From positions 1-64,000 of the forward strand of contig NIVC01002716.1 in NCBI GenBank assembly GCA_002269645.1: a DNA stretch of 64,000 bases, given 5' to 3'. The notes under the pieces are model-generated. The model did not search any database and was not told where the DNA came from. It was given only the letters and a program-made list of their open reading frames with translations. Shown piece by piece: positions 36,901-50,303 of this stretch (position 1 is the first letter of the stretch; each line of letters opens with the position of its first letter). The translations under genes were made by a program, and so were the position numbers. This stretch comes from Macrostomum lignano (lineage: Eukaryota).

Positions 36901-37873
36901 TCTATATTAATGAATTGTCTTAAAGCTATTACTGAGTTGTACTAGGGCTATACTTCTTTCTATATTAAATGTCCTAATGTTGTTAGCTGCCACCAAGACT
37001 ATTCTATTAATAAATTATAATCCAAGTCTAACTATATATCCAAGTATTTGTCTGGTTATTTATCTAAGCATTAGTCTGAGTATATACTACTATTTAGCCA
37101 TTACAAGTATCATTCTTCTGTTATTCTAGTAGTGTTCTACTAGTAATTTGGCCTGAGCGGTATATTGGTCTACTGGTATGTGTACTTTATGTATTTCTAG
37201 TCCCAGGCATTACCAAGATCAAAGGGTCACAGCCTCTGTTTATTCTTGTATGTATCAATTTAGGATCTACTTTGTTTCTTTCTATTACTTTACCTCTTAG
37301 TAGTATATACTGTATATGCTTCGGTCTATTTCACTCTACTCTGCAAATAATTAACTTGAAATACACTTCTTGAATATTTCTTGAAAACTCACTGTTATAT
37401 GTTCACTATTAATCTTGCTTTGAGACTCAAGTCTATAAACCAAGTTGCCTCTTCTGGCTCCAAAAACTCATCTATTTATACTAGCTTTGATCATTGTTTG
37501 AAACAAAAAATAAATTAGAGAAATATTTCTGAAAATATGAATAGTAAAAAAGTTTTTCTTAGTTTTGTGCGAGTTTGAAATGCATACAGACAGATGATTT
37601 TGTACATAAAATGAGAGGGGCTTTTTACACATGTATATCATACAATTCTACCTCATGTTATACCACACCAAGCTATGGTTAAATATTGAATAAATGGGAG
37701 ATTCAAGCAAAAACCCTTTATTGTTAATTAAAATGCCAAAAAAACTTTTTGGTAGGTTTGGGCCAACAAAACCTTTTTGGGATATCATGTGTAGCACTAT
37801 GCAATGTGCATTTATGCCATTAATTCTGGCCCCAATTCTGATCACATAAACAATTAAATTAAATCATTGTTTT

Positions 37874-38446
37874 ATGTCAGACTTGGCTCATCAGGGTTCA
37901 GGCATTGTTGCCACTAGCCAATCAGGCTTGGAATCTGTGGCTGCCATTGTGCAAGAAATTCTAGCTCTACAATCGCGGCAGTGCTTGGCTCATGACCAGC
38001 TGAGTAGGGCATTTCGTCGTTATCTTAGTTCTGCTACTGACACAGGAGCTGGCGCTGACTCAGGTACTATCGTGAGCACAAGTGCCAATGGTCACAATGG
38101 GAGCCCAGCTGCCACAAACGCAGAGACAGTTTACCTGACTGCCATCCAAGAGTGCACCACCCAGTTCGGCAGCATTTCCAATGACTTCCTGGAGCTGATG
38201 CGGCGGCTCAGGCAGCTGGACAGCGACTCCGCGGTCAGTCAGCGGCCTGCTGAGCTGCTACTGCGGCACGCTGAGAAGCTGCAAGACTTGGAGGCCCAGC
38301 GACTCCGCGTCACTGTAGACTGGCAGCACGCCGCTTGCCGATGCACGGACGATTCAGATGAGCATCAGCTGCGGCTGCATCTGCGCCAGCTCGCTGATGA
38401 ACTCGACGAGGTTGTGGAAGCCGTCAAACTGGACTTTGATGACTGA
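37874..38446 (+). CDS. REX1BD: REX1-B domain protein (required for excision 1-B; C19orf60-like), 190 aa
   Basis: Pattern ILALQSRQ...FRRYL / YLTAIQECTTQFGSIS / LQDLEAQRLRVTVDWQ / C-terminal helix, recalled from the family. TTTTATGTCAG overlapping the ATG could instead be an acceptor. Confidence 0.65.
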   Translation: MSDLAHQGSGIVATSQSGLESVAAIVQEILALQSRQCLAHDQLSRAFRRYLSSATDTGAGADSGTIVSTSANGHNGSPAATNAETVYLTAIQECTTQFGSISNDFLELMRRLRQLDSDSAVSQRPAELLLRHAEKLQDLEAQRLRVTVDWQHAACRCTDDSDEHQLRLHLRQLADELDEVVEAVKLDFDD

Positions 38447-38501
38447 CGATGTCAGATGCTGATCAATTGATTGTTTATTGATAACTGTCGCTTTTAATCG
38501 T

Positions 38502-38710
38502 CAGGGGCGTCGCCATTGATTTTATGGTGGGGGAACAAAGGGGGGTGACTATTAAATGCCTACATGTACGTGTACATTATTTTTAGAATCGGTGTTTACA
38601 GCGCTCATTTTGGCGCCACAGGCACTCATTTTGGCGCCACAGGCCCTCATCCTTATTTTGGTGCTACAGGTGCGGGCCCATGACAATTGCCCGCCGATAT
38701 TTGCCTGCAG
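38502..38710 (-). mobile_element. Truncated copy of the hAT MITE family at 46023-46531
   Basis: CAGGGGCGTCGCCA terminus and reverse-oriented CTCATTTTGGCGCCACAGG repeats. Confidence 0.75.
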
Positions 38711-39437
38711 TGCAGATTTTGTCTGCATTGCCCTCCAATGTTTAGTACAGTGTATGTCTTAATAGAGATTTACCCGATCCTCATACCAACGTTTTGATCA
38801 CAGAATATACTATGCGTTTTGATAGTAACTGTATATCAAATTCATATTTTCTTGTAGGCATTCCCCGAGTTCTATATACTGTACATACATGCAGCGGTAC
38901 AGTACATAATTCATGCATATACCGTGTCGCTTTGTCCCCCAAATCTATTTATTAAGACTGCGGTACTCCGGATTGGGGGTGGCAATGCAGACAGAATCTA
39001 TAATGCGCTGCTGGAAAATTTCTGGGCAAACCTCGGCGAGCTTTTTGTACATCTGGTTGTCTGTATTTCTACATAACAATGAATTGAAGTTGGTCTGTTG
39101 AGACTTACGACAATTAATTCAAATACAAATACATTAAAATATCCATGTTGATCTTTTAAAAAAATTGCATTTCATTAGAATCATGTCAATCAGTTGCAAG
39201 CTTTGTTGATCCAGTTATGTCTACTTCATGGATTGGTAATGGTATGGTTTAGCCCGAATAGCTTTTAGAATGTACACACGCACAATGCATGTGCAAGAAT
39301 ATTTAATGTCTGGCTTAAATGTGATACAGTATGTGAAAGTACGTATTTATTAATTCGCTTCCAAATTCACAAGCATTGTAGGTCTTAAATTGCGATCTGG
39401 GTTAACTAAGAACCGCAAGACTGTGCATTCATTTGGT

Positions 39438-39453
39438 GACTCTTAAAAGGGCC
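39438..39453 (-). promoter_or_regulatory. Degenerate second histone stem-loop downstream of H2B
   Basis: AAAAC-GGCCCT-TTTA-AGAGTC-ACC. Confidence 0.65.
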
Positions 39454-39811
39454 GTTTTATTTTTACTAGTCCTCTACTAGATTAACGGAATAGTATTAAT
39501 AACAGGCCTAACCTCCTTGATTAAATGAAGACATAAATAATCGAATTGCTGCCAGAAATGGTTATTTCAATTGTAGGTTTAGTATTACATTTAAAATTTG
39601 ATGCGGCAATGCTCATGCTGTCTGTAGCTGCATTGTAGACTTAAATTGGCCCTACGTGTCGGACGGTGTGTTGCAAATTTATTTACATGTAAACATGCAG
39701 TTAAGCATATTAACCAGTTCTAGTATCAATAAATTTAAAACAGACTTCCACAAACGACGAACAGGAGCAGTTTTTAATGAAGAACGACAGCAAGCACAAT
39801 CAGTATGTGGT

Positions 39812-39827
39812 GGCCCTGAAAAGGGCC
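39812..39827 (-). promoter_or_regulatory. Histone 3' stem-loop (H2B)
   Basis: AAAC-GGCCCT-TTTC-AGGGCC-ACCAC, 80 nt after the stop. Confidence 0.95.
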
Positions 39828-39907
39828 GTTTTATCGTTCAGATTAGATTAGCCTAGGCACGGCTAGTTGATCGCCACTTTTGCCAGACGCCTTGCAAATT
39901 GCAAAGT

Positions 39908-40273
<366 letters not shown>

Positions 40274-41089
40274 TTCAACCGGATTTTCTAAAGTGATATA
40301 AACGAGATGATATGTGATCAATTTGAGTGTAACTGCTTTTACTAATTTCACGCTTTATTATATATTCTGGGTAGGTGGACTAGAAAACGAAATTTTATTA
40401 AGATCGATAATTTCAGACTTTGTATCAGCCAATGAGGGAGCTCCAAATTTCTAGCCTTGTTAATAAGAGTAATTTTCTTATCACACTACTATTAGTGGCA
40501 TGTAAAGTTTTTTTCTTTAAGGTCTTGGCGAAAAACGGCAGAAAAAAGGTTGAAGAAACAAAGAAAAAAGTAACTTGGTAAATGGTAATGAATACTTATT
40601 TCAGTGGCGGCGCAGGGGGGGGGGGCAGCTGCCCTCATGTGACCACAGGTCACTGCCTTAAGGGGGGTGACCACCCCATCATCCCCACGGTTTGAGATAT
40701 GGAGGGAGAGATCAAATGAGCAATGATGTGACTCCCGTCTGGCAAGCTGTGATCGAATTGGCTTCTATTGCTTTAGGCTCGTTCACAGGTTTTTGAATAA
40801 TAAAATTACATTAGTCTGCGGGTACACTGTACACCTAAAATATCCTTACGATCTGCCAACAGCTTCAGATTTATATCCCTGCAGCCCTAGCCTTCTCACT
40901 AGCCTGCATGCTCAAAGATGAATAAATCAAAGCAAGACAAATTAAATTTGTGATGATTTTCACCTGACTAATATTGTCCATTAGGAGCTCCCACTGTGTT
41001 GGGTTGGTTTTTAAGTTTGGTGGAAGTGGTGAGGATGAGGATAATAGCCCAGCTGCAGATATACTATACTAGTCGAGAATGGAATGATT

Positions 41090-41202
41090 GAATTATTGCA
41101 AACCGGGATCAGGATCCCGATGGTCAATTTCGGGATTTTCGAATCCCGGACAATTGTGATCCCGGAATTTCGGGATCCCGAGCGATTGATTTGCATTCCC
41201 TA
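41090..41202. mobile_element. hAT-like right end with CGGGAT subterminal repeats
   Basis: Ends ...GATTTGCATTCCCTA, reverse complement TAGGGAATGCAAATC, related to 46621. Confidence 0.55.
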
Positions 41203-41836
41203 CGCTGCACACTGCCAACAAAACCGGCCAGAGCTTGCATGGTGTCAGGGGTCCTCTTTGTACATCTAATTTGTTGGCTTTGAATGTTTCTTTTATTGCT
41301 ACAAAGATCAAGTTGCAAAGCGTATGGCATACTTTAAATGCAATTTGGCTTACGGCAGGGATGGGCAAGACTCCGGCCCACAAACCCCTCTATTCGGCCC
41401 TCAGGTCTTAAAGTCCTTTGAAACTTCACGATATCAATCCATCTCGCTTAAGGTCTCTCTAGTATTCTCTCGCCTCTCCTCTCTTTCCATTCCTTCCCTC
41501 TACCTGTACCTTTCTCCCATTCTCTGGCCCGCAGTCAAGCTAGCTAGATTCTCTATCTCACTTGCGGTATTAAAGTTATAGCGGACCCCTGGTGTACGGA
41601 CGGTGACGGTCGTCAAAAACAATAGCTACTGGGTATTTAAGCTGCATAAGGATTAATTGCATTTGAGATTTTGGTTTCCACATGTACTAATACACTGCAG
41701 TTTAAAACATCACGTACTGGTAGCCAGGTAGCGGGAAGCGGGGATACATGCGCGTCATGTAGGGTGCTTTTAGTTCGCTGTAGAATCTCTGCTAATTCAT
41801 TTTGCCGTGAAAATCGGCATACTTTAAAATTTGCGG

Positions 41837-41852
41837 TTACCTAAAAAGGGCC
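41837..41852 (-). promoter_or_regulatory. Degenerate second stem-loop downstream of H3
   Basis: AAAAC-GGCCCT-TTTT-AGGTAA; flank copied from the H3 3' UTR. Confidence 0.65.
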
Positions 41853-42398
41853 GTTTTAGCGTTCAATTCAAATTGTAAGTGCTTATCCCTATGGTCCCGT
41901 GCCGATAATTCTAATTTTATCCACTTCCACACGGATCAGTGTCAATAATTATGCTAGACTAGCATGTAATGATTAAACCGCGGATGAACTAACTGCCTAT
42001 AGTTTTCCACTTCTTTATCAGATTGACATTCGTAAAGCTTCTCAGAAATAAACGAGCATTAGGGATATATCTAGAATCATCTTAATTTTGTATTGTAATG
42101 AGCTAAAAATTTAATTTTACTAATAAATTGCTGTGCTTAATTGCATCAAGGTAACAAAGCATACATGTAGACTAGACTTAAATGCATGCATTATAGATTC
42201 ACTACAACTAGATAGAATTCGGATGCAGAATTTTAACGCCTATTTCATTGACAGATAAGTCATACACGTAATTCTAGAGTGTCAACACAAATGTGTATTA
42301 GTTTAGCAGCTTGGAAGTTAGGTCGTGCCTAATGGCTGTGCTGCTGTAGTGCAAGTTATAGTTTTGTCTTGCGATTTACGACATCATTAAAATGTGGT

Positions 42399-42414
42399 GG
42401 CCCTGAAAAGGGCC
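42399..42414 (-). promoter_or_regulatory. Histone 3' stem-loop (H3)
   Basis: Canonical GGCCCTTTTCAGGGCC-ACCAC. Confidence 0.95.
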
Positions 42415-42485
42415 GTTTTAGCGTTCAATTCAAATTATGCTAGACTAGCATCTAATGATAAGCCGCGGATGAACTTGAAGGCAGC

Positions 42486-42920
<435 letters not shown>

Positions 42921-43941
42921 TTAGGTAGGTGGCTGATGGTTGAATATTTTTAAAAGTTTATGACTTCAATTTTGCGCAGACTATGCTTTATATGTAGTCT
43001 GTACTCATTAGTATAATTTATTACAACAGTTCTGATTGGCTAAGAAAAAAGTTAAAATATTCAACGAACCTTTTCATCTTTCTTTACTAACAGTAGGCAA
43101 TGCCTAATTCAAAATTTAGTGTTTGGCCCTGCCGCCTAAGGGCCCTAGGCCACTGAGGCCAGAATCAACACTAAAAAGGCTTTTAACAACTTTTTTACAA
43201 CCAATTTACAATTTTTTAGGCCTAATTTCACATTTTAAACCATTGATTGCACAATCCACATTCCCGCCAGACTTAAACAGTTGTATTTTTGTCCAAAGGT
43301 ATCACTATCAGATATCAAAGTATAATGATCATTACGTACTCTCCAATCCAAATAATTGACCAATTCTCACTTTTAGACCACCAGAATGTGTCCATTTCAT
43401 CGAAGTTTCAAAATGCTACTTTTTATCTCGTAGTGGCCTCAGGAACTTAGGAATCGAAAAACCATTCTTCGATTGATGCGCTGTGTTCATGTTCATGGCT
43501 TGTTGGGGAAGCTATACAAAGCACACACGTACACTCGTTGAAAATGGCAATTTATAACGCATGAGTTGTAGTGTTAATGTGTTTAATGTGTAATAATGAT
43601 AACTGTATGATGCATGTGCAATGCATTGCATGTACTGTAAGGGTATATGTACACCGGTACATGTTAATTGCATACCACTTTCTAAGCAATTTAATGAATT
43701 ATGTACGAGAGTACGAGCTACATGTGCAGACGGCAACGGCAAGGTTAAGAGAAAATAAGTAATACATGTACATTGTACATGTATTAAACATTCATTATGG
43801 TTGGATAGTCCGCGGATAACCCCGGCTTTTATGCTACCGACATCCTGATTAATTATTAGTAAAAAGGTCACGCAGTTCATCGCTATTCTCGCATTTATAC
43901 TGTTATTCTGAAGTATTTTATGTATGACTTACAAAATTCTT

Positions 43942-43957
43942 TGCCCTTAAAAGGGCC
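43942..43957 (-). promoter_or_regulatory. Second stem-loop downstream of H2A
   Basis: AAAAC-GGCCCT-TTTA-AGGGCA. Confidence 0.75.
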
Positions 43958-44662
43958 GTTTTAGCATTTATTTAAGATAACGTAACCGGTCACTAACATC
44001 TAGCAAGACCCGTGCATCGGTTTATTGCAGCTTTCAAATTTAAACAATTACACGCCAGCACAATTTTTTGGATAATTAGATAAACTACACAAGCATTCAA
44101 AGCTGTTTATACAACTACTCTTGAGAGCCAGTCTATCAAGACAAGCAGAACCTGGATTAGATTTACATTGACATTTGACTGGACTGAATGGCCTAGAAAA
44201 TTTTTACCATTATCCTGACTCGTTGAACCATTAAATTAGTCCGACTAGGATCCAGAATAAATCTTGAATTTGAGTCTTACTTGGTGCTTGACTCAAAGTT
44301 TTTAACCAAGTCCAAATGCAATGCATTCTTTAAATTTCGTATATTTTTATTTTTAGTTGAACTTTTGAGATAGAGTTTAATGCGCTATACAGATGCAATG
44401 AAGATAATAAGAGTGTATTTCTGCAATGCTTTTGCGGCTGCCTAGGCCCTAACTAGCTGGCTGTCTGTCATTGTTATCATAGGTGAGTTATGAGTATGCA
44501 GAGATGCAGACTACATCGATTGCCATACCAGCGATTAAAAGGACAAGTCACAGGACTGACTTAGGCTAAGCGATACAGTATGTGAAATGTTTACAATTTT
44601 ATACAATCGTCAATCGAGATGAACACGAACAGGATGTCACGACTACATCATCTTAATGTGGT

Positions 44663-44678
44663 GGCCCTGAAAAGGGCC
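44663..44678 (-). promoter_or_regulatory. Histone 3' stem-loop (H2A)
   Basis: Canonical GGCCCTTTTCAGGGCC-ACCAC. Confidence 0.95.
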
Positions 44679-44782
44679 GTTTTAACGTTCTTAAGAGCGC
44701 AGCAATTACTTGCTGTCGCTGTCTGGCTGGGATCTAGCAAAAGATGCGCTCAGCCTTATAGCTTCCGTTATGCGTAGACTGT

Positions 44783-45202
<420 letters not shown>

Positions 45203-46022
45203 TTAAGAGTTGTATAGCAGTTTGGATACCCTCCTCTGTGAAATATATAGGCTCTTGTTCCTACAAATAATCTTAGCAACGGTTAGCAACGGGGCTGAAT
45301 TCTGATTGGTTAAGAAGTTTCTAAGTTAAGACAAAAATTAGCAAGTAAAATTTTACTTGTTACTCTACTAACAGTAACACAATAAGAACACGTTAATTTT
45401 GCAAATTTGCAAACATTCTTGAATTGGATGGATACATTGCAATTTATATTTTTTTATTCACAGAGCCGGGTAAACATGCAAAACAAAAATTGTACTTAAT
45501 CTCTCCCCGACTGTCGAGTTGCACAAAAAATTGGTTGACACGTAGCTTTTCCGAGTCGGACAATGCTGTATAAAAACATGAGATAAAATTTCTTAGCTGA
45601 CGAAATTTTTTTAGCTGACGAAAGCATTGGCATTTAGGAATCTTTAGGACCACCGAGGCCTTAAATTTGACCCGAGGGCCCAGCTGCAACGCCGTCCAAA
45701 ATCCTGAGGGCCTCGTGATTCATGCCGAGAGTTACTGTCAGCCTGTACAGGAGTCCTGCTGCTAACCTTAACTACAGAACCCGTTCATGATGCGTTGTTT
45801 GATGTCGTCTGCCCGAATTTACTTTTCAGTGTGGCGTCTTTTGTTGTCATTTTTAGAAAGCAGAGTCAAGGAATTTTTTAATTGTGATGAAATTAAGTGA
45901 TTTGCAATAGTCATCCTATGGGTTTGATGTGATTGTGCATTGCCATTTAACAGCTCTATACAAGTTAAATGTAAACAAGTATCAGCACACAGCTTTTGTT
46001 CACATAACTGCATCACTGCCAG

Positions 46023-46531
46023 CAGGGGCGTCGCCAACGGGGGGGACAGGGGGGCATGTCCCCCCCAGTAAAAGATCTGGGGGGGCATGCCAATGCTTTG
46101 TCCTCCCCACCACACTTGGTGGCCCTTTGTGCAAATCAATAATTTTGCTGCATGGCGACAAAACACAGCACCTGCAGCGCTAAAATGAGTGTTTGTGGCG
46201 CTAAAATGAGTCCCTGTGGCGCTGAAATGGTGCCTGCGGCGCTAAAATGAGTACTTGTGGCGCTAAAATGAGTCCCTGTGGCGCTATGGTGCCTGCGGCG
46301 CTAAAATTAAATGCTTGTGGCGCTATAATGAGTCCCTGTGGCGCTAAAATGAGTGCCTGTGGCGCTAAAGTGAGTGCCTGTGGCGCTAAAGTGAGTGCCT
46401 GTGGCGCTAAAATGAGTGCTGACAACACCGATTCTGAAAAGAATGTACATGTAGGAATTTAGTCGTTTACATGTACATGTAGAATTCTTGGCTTTGTCCC
46501 CCCCACCATAAAATCCATGGCGACGCCCCTG
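46023..46531. mobile_element. hAT-type MITE, 509 bp, with internal 21-bp tandem repeats
   Basis: Perfect 14-bp TIR CAGGGGCGTCGCCA; perfect 8-bp TSD ACTGCCAG (46015-46022, 46532-46539). Confidence 0.93.
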
Positions 46532-46620
46532 ACTGCCAGCATGCACGAGAGTATATATAGACACTTTTACCCTTAGGCCAATGTACTTTATTAACCTTAT
46601 AGAGCAAGTGTACTTATACC

Positions 46621-46740
46621 TAGGGATTGCAAAATCCCGGTTTTTTGCGATCCCGGGATCTCGGGATTTAATCCCGGGATCGGGATCTCGGGATTAAATT
46701 CCGGGATTTAATATCGGAATCCCGGGATCAGAAAAATACA
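46621..46740. mobile_element. hAT-like left end TAGGGATTGCAAAATCCCG with CGGGAT repeats; right end not found
   Basis: Related to 41090-41202. Confidence 0.55.
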
Positions 46741-47184
46741 GATTTTTAAGCTCCTGGGTTTAAATTTTAAGGCAAAATATGCGCTCAACGTATTTTTGCT
46801 TCCATTTTTGATTGCTATAGAGATAATGATCTTTTTGTATATGAAAAACAGCATTATCTTGTGACGTATTTAAGTAAGTAGTATAAAAGTACTGTTAGTA
46901 GTAAAGAAGCTAATCATATATCAAAATTTACATTGGAATACATTACACATTTGAATCTACATGTATTTTCGAAAACCGCCACCCTTTGGCAGAGCGATTG
47001 ACTGCAGCTCACTGCAAATGACGAAATTATAAGCTTTTCCAACTCTCGCTCAGACGCGGGGTCTTAAGGGTGGTGGCTGATTATTAGTTGTTGCTGAGAG
47101 TATAAACTCGATATACCTTACACACTCTGACAAGGAACATTAATTGCAAATTGCTAACAATTGAATCTGTTTTCAAACTATAAC

Positions 47185-47590
<406 letters not shown>

Positions 47591-47623
47591 TAGCCAGCGA
47601 GTAGAAAGCTTTCAGTTAAAAAC

Positions 47624-47639
47624 GGCCCTTTTAAGGGCT
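47624..47639 (+). promoter_or_regulatory. Stem-loop of the plus-strand H2B pseudogene
   Basis: AAAAC-GGCCCT-TTTA-AGGGCT. Confidence 0.85.
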
Positions 47640-48184
47640 ATATATTAATGTAGCCATTAATGTAGCTCGGACTGATTAATTATATGCAATTATATGAGTT
47701 ACAGTTTTAAATGAATCAGATTTTGTTCTAATCTAAATGCTAAAAATGAGTTGCGTTGGCCTACTGTTTTTTAAATTAAGATTTGGCAAAATAAACAAAT
47801 CCTACAAACGGAACAGTCGATGATTTCTCAGATCGCCGGCAAAGGCACAGAGAGACAGAAGTGGAAAAGCAGTTGCAGAGCATAAAATGAAGTTATAATT
47901 TTGTGTAAAAGCGACAGCTTTGCCAGCTCAGCAAACGCTTCGTTGCCGAAAGTTGGTTAAAAACAGAAATGCCTTCCGGAGTAAAAAGACGAATTAATTT
48001 CTCAAACAAGCATCAATAAAGTACAGTTTGACAGACGGATAAGGCAATTTGTACCCACGGATGCAAGAGGCGAATATCTAGGAATTGCACACGACAGAGC
48101 AGATCATGAAGATAATAACAAAAAACTCGTTTTGAGCAGGGGTCGGCAATTTTTAACCCAAGAGTCAGATAGAGACTGCGGGCT

Positions 48185-49135
48185 GGGGGAGAGGAGAGGA
48201 GAGGGAAGGATTGGAGAGGGGAGGATTGGAGAGGGGAGGATTGGAGAGGAGAGGAGAGGAGAGGAGAGGAGAGGGGAGGATTGGAGAGGGGAGGATTGGA
48301 GAGGGGAGGATTGGAGAGGAGAGGAGAGGAGAGGGGAGGATTGGAGAGGGGAGGATTGGAGAGGGAAGGATTGGAGAGGGGAGGATTGGAGAGGAGAGGA
48401 GAGGAGAGGAGAGGAGAGGGGAGGATTGGAGAGGGGAGGATTGGAGAGGGGAGGATTGGAGAGGGAGGATTGGAGAGGGGAGGATTGGAGAGGAGAGGAG
48501 AGGAGAGGAGAGGAGAGGGGAGGATTGGAGAGGGGAGGATTGGAGAGGGGAGGATTGGAGAGGGGAGGATTGGAGAGGGGAGGATTGGAGAGGAGAGGAG
48601 AGGAGAGGAGAGGAGAGGAGAGGGGAGGATTGGAGAGGGGAGGATTGGAGAGGGGAGGATTGGAGAGGGGAGGATTGGAGAGGGGAGGATTGGAGAGGGG
48701 AGGATTGGAGAGGGGAGGATTGGAGAGGAGAGGAGAGGAGAGGAGAGGAGAGGAGAGGGAGGATTGGAGAGGGGAGGATTGGAGAGGGGAGGATTGGAGA
48801 GGGGAGGATTGGAGAGGGGAGGATTGGAGAGGGGAGGATTGGAGAGGGGAGGATTGGAGAGGGGAGGATTGGAGAGGGGAGGATTGGAGAGGAGAGGAGA
48901 GGATTAGAGAGGAGAGGAGAGGAGAGGAGAGGATTAGAGAGGAGAGGAGAGGAGAGGAGAGGATTAGAGAGGAGAGGAGAGGAGAGGAGAGGAGAGGAGA
49001 GGAGAGGAGAGGAGAGGAGAGGAGAGGATTAGAGAGGAGAGGAGAGGAGAGGAGAGGATTAGAGAGGAGAGGAGAGGAGAGGAGAGGAGAGGGGAGAAGA
49101 GAAGAAAGGAGAGAAGAGAGGAGATTAGATAGGAG
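48185..49135 (+). repeat. Purine-rich array of GGAGAGGGGAGGATT (15 bp) and (GAGGA)n
   Basis: Visible. Confidence 0.95.
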
Positions 49136-49557
49136 AGCTGAGAAGAGACACAAGTCTTGAGCGGGCCGGATCGGTATTGTGCAGTTTCAAAGGACCCGAG
49201 GGCCGGACAGAGAGGCTTCGCGGTCGGCGTGTAAGACCCGTAGGCAGAAGTTCGCCGACCCCTGGTTCAGAGTTAACAAAGAGAAAAATCAAGCTTTGCC
49301 TCATGTGAGGAGTGAATTAAAAGTACAAAAGGGAATTGAAAGCTGAGGCAATAACAGCGCGCTGGCAGGGGCACAAGTCACCAGAAGCCCTAAAGAGGCT
49401 TGAAGTCGGTGAAGATCAGGTGTAGAAACGGCAAAACTTCCAGACGCAGCAGATAGTAAGGAAAAATTGGTTAAAAAGTTTAAACAACTTTAAACAAAAC
49501 ATGTTGGCTGTTGTATTTGCGTTCTAAGTCTAATAAAAAGTGTCGTTAGTTTAAAAC

Positions 49558-49573
49558 GGCCCTTTTAAGAACA
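49558..49573 (+). promoter_or_regulatory. Degenerate orphan histone stem-loop
   Basis: AAAAC-GGCCCT-TTTA-AGAACA. Confidence 0.55.
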
Positions 49574-50279
49574 CACTCAATGTCGGCTACGAATGGCCAA
49601 AGAACAGATGATTACAAGTAGGGCCAGGACAAGGACGGAAAGAGCACGTAGAACATTTTTATTAAATTTAAAGGCACAGACAGCACAAGAACCGATTTAC
49701 TTGAAGTGTTCGATTTTTCTACGAAAGATGAAATTCATTTGATATGACTTGGCAACGCCGAGCATGAGGCCGAGAAGCGTCCCAGAGTCGCTTCAGAGTC
49801 GTTGCAGGTTACGCAGTTAAAGTAAGAAAGCAGTGACTCCAGACGACTCTGAAGCAACGTAGAAAACTCGTCAAAAGTCGCCCACAGAGCCAATTTGAGG
49901 CGTTTTATTGTCTGCGATTCCGGGGCGACACAACCAAGTGACTCTGGAGCCGTAGTCGGACCTGAGGCGTGGTGGAGTCGCTGTAGAAGCACTGAGTTGC
50001 CTCTAGAGCGCATCTGCGTCACTTGATGAACCAGAATCGCATTTTGAAGTTATAACAATTCTACAGTCGCCTCTCAGTCGCATTGCAGTTGTTTGAGTCG
50101 TTAAAAAGTGACGACAAAGTCGCCAAAGAGTTGCAATGAGTCTGAAGCGGTTCTGGTTGCGGTAACGTTCTCAACGGGATGAAGCCCAGTATGGCAACCG
50201 AATGCGTATCAATTTTCAGAAAAATTTAGCAGCTTGAGATGAAAATTGCATTATAGGATTTTTAAAATCTAACAAAAAC

Positions 50280-50295
50280 GGCCCTTCTCAGGGCG
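50280..50295 (+). promoter_or_regulatory. Orphan histone-type stem-loop next to the TTC17 stop codon, on the opposite strand
   Basis: AAAAC-GGCCCT-TCTC-AGGGCG. Confidence 0.6.
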
Positions 50296-50303
50296 GTCCC
50301 ACG

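Noticed and set aside
48104-49160. RG/ER-rich or SP-rich proteins
   Set aside because: Low-complexity purine tract open on both strands
49200-49560. Decayed H1 gene ahead of the orphan stem-loop
   Set aside because: Only a weak SPK-like word; no alignable globular domain
49770-50170. MITE from imperfect inverted CAGAGTCGCTTCAGAGTCGTTGCA-like segments
   Set aside because: Termini and TSD could not be defined
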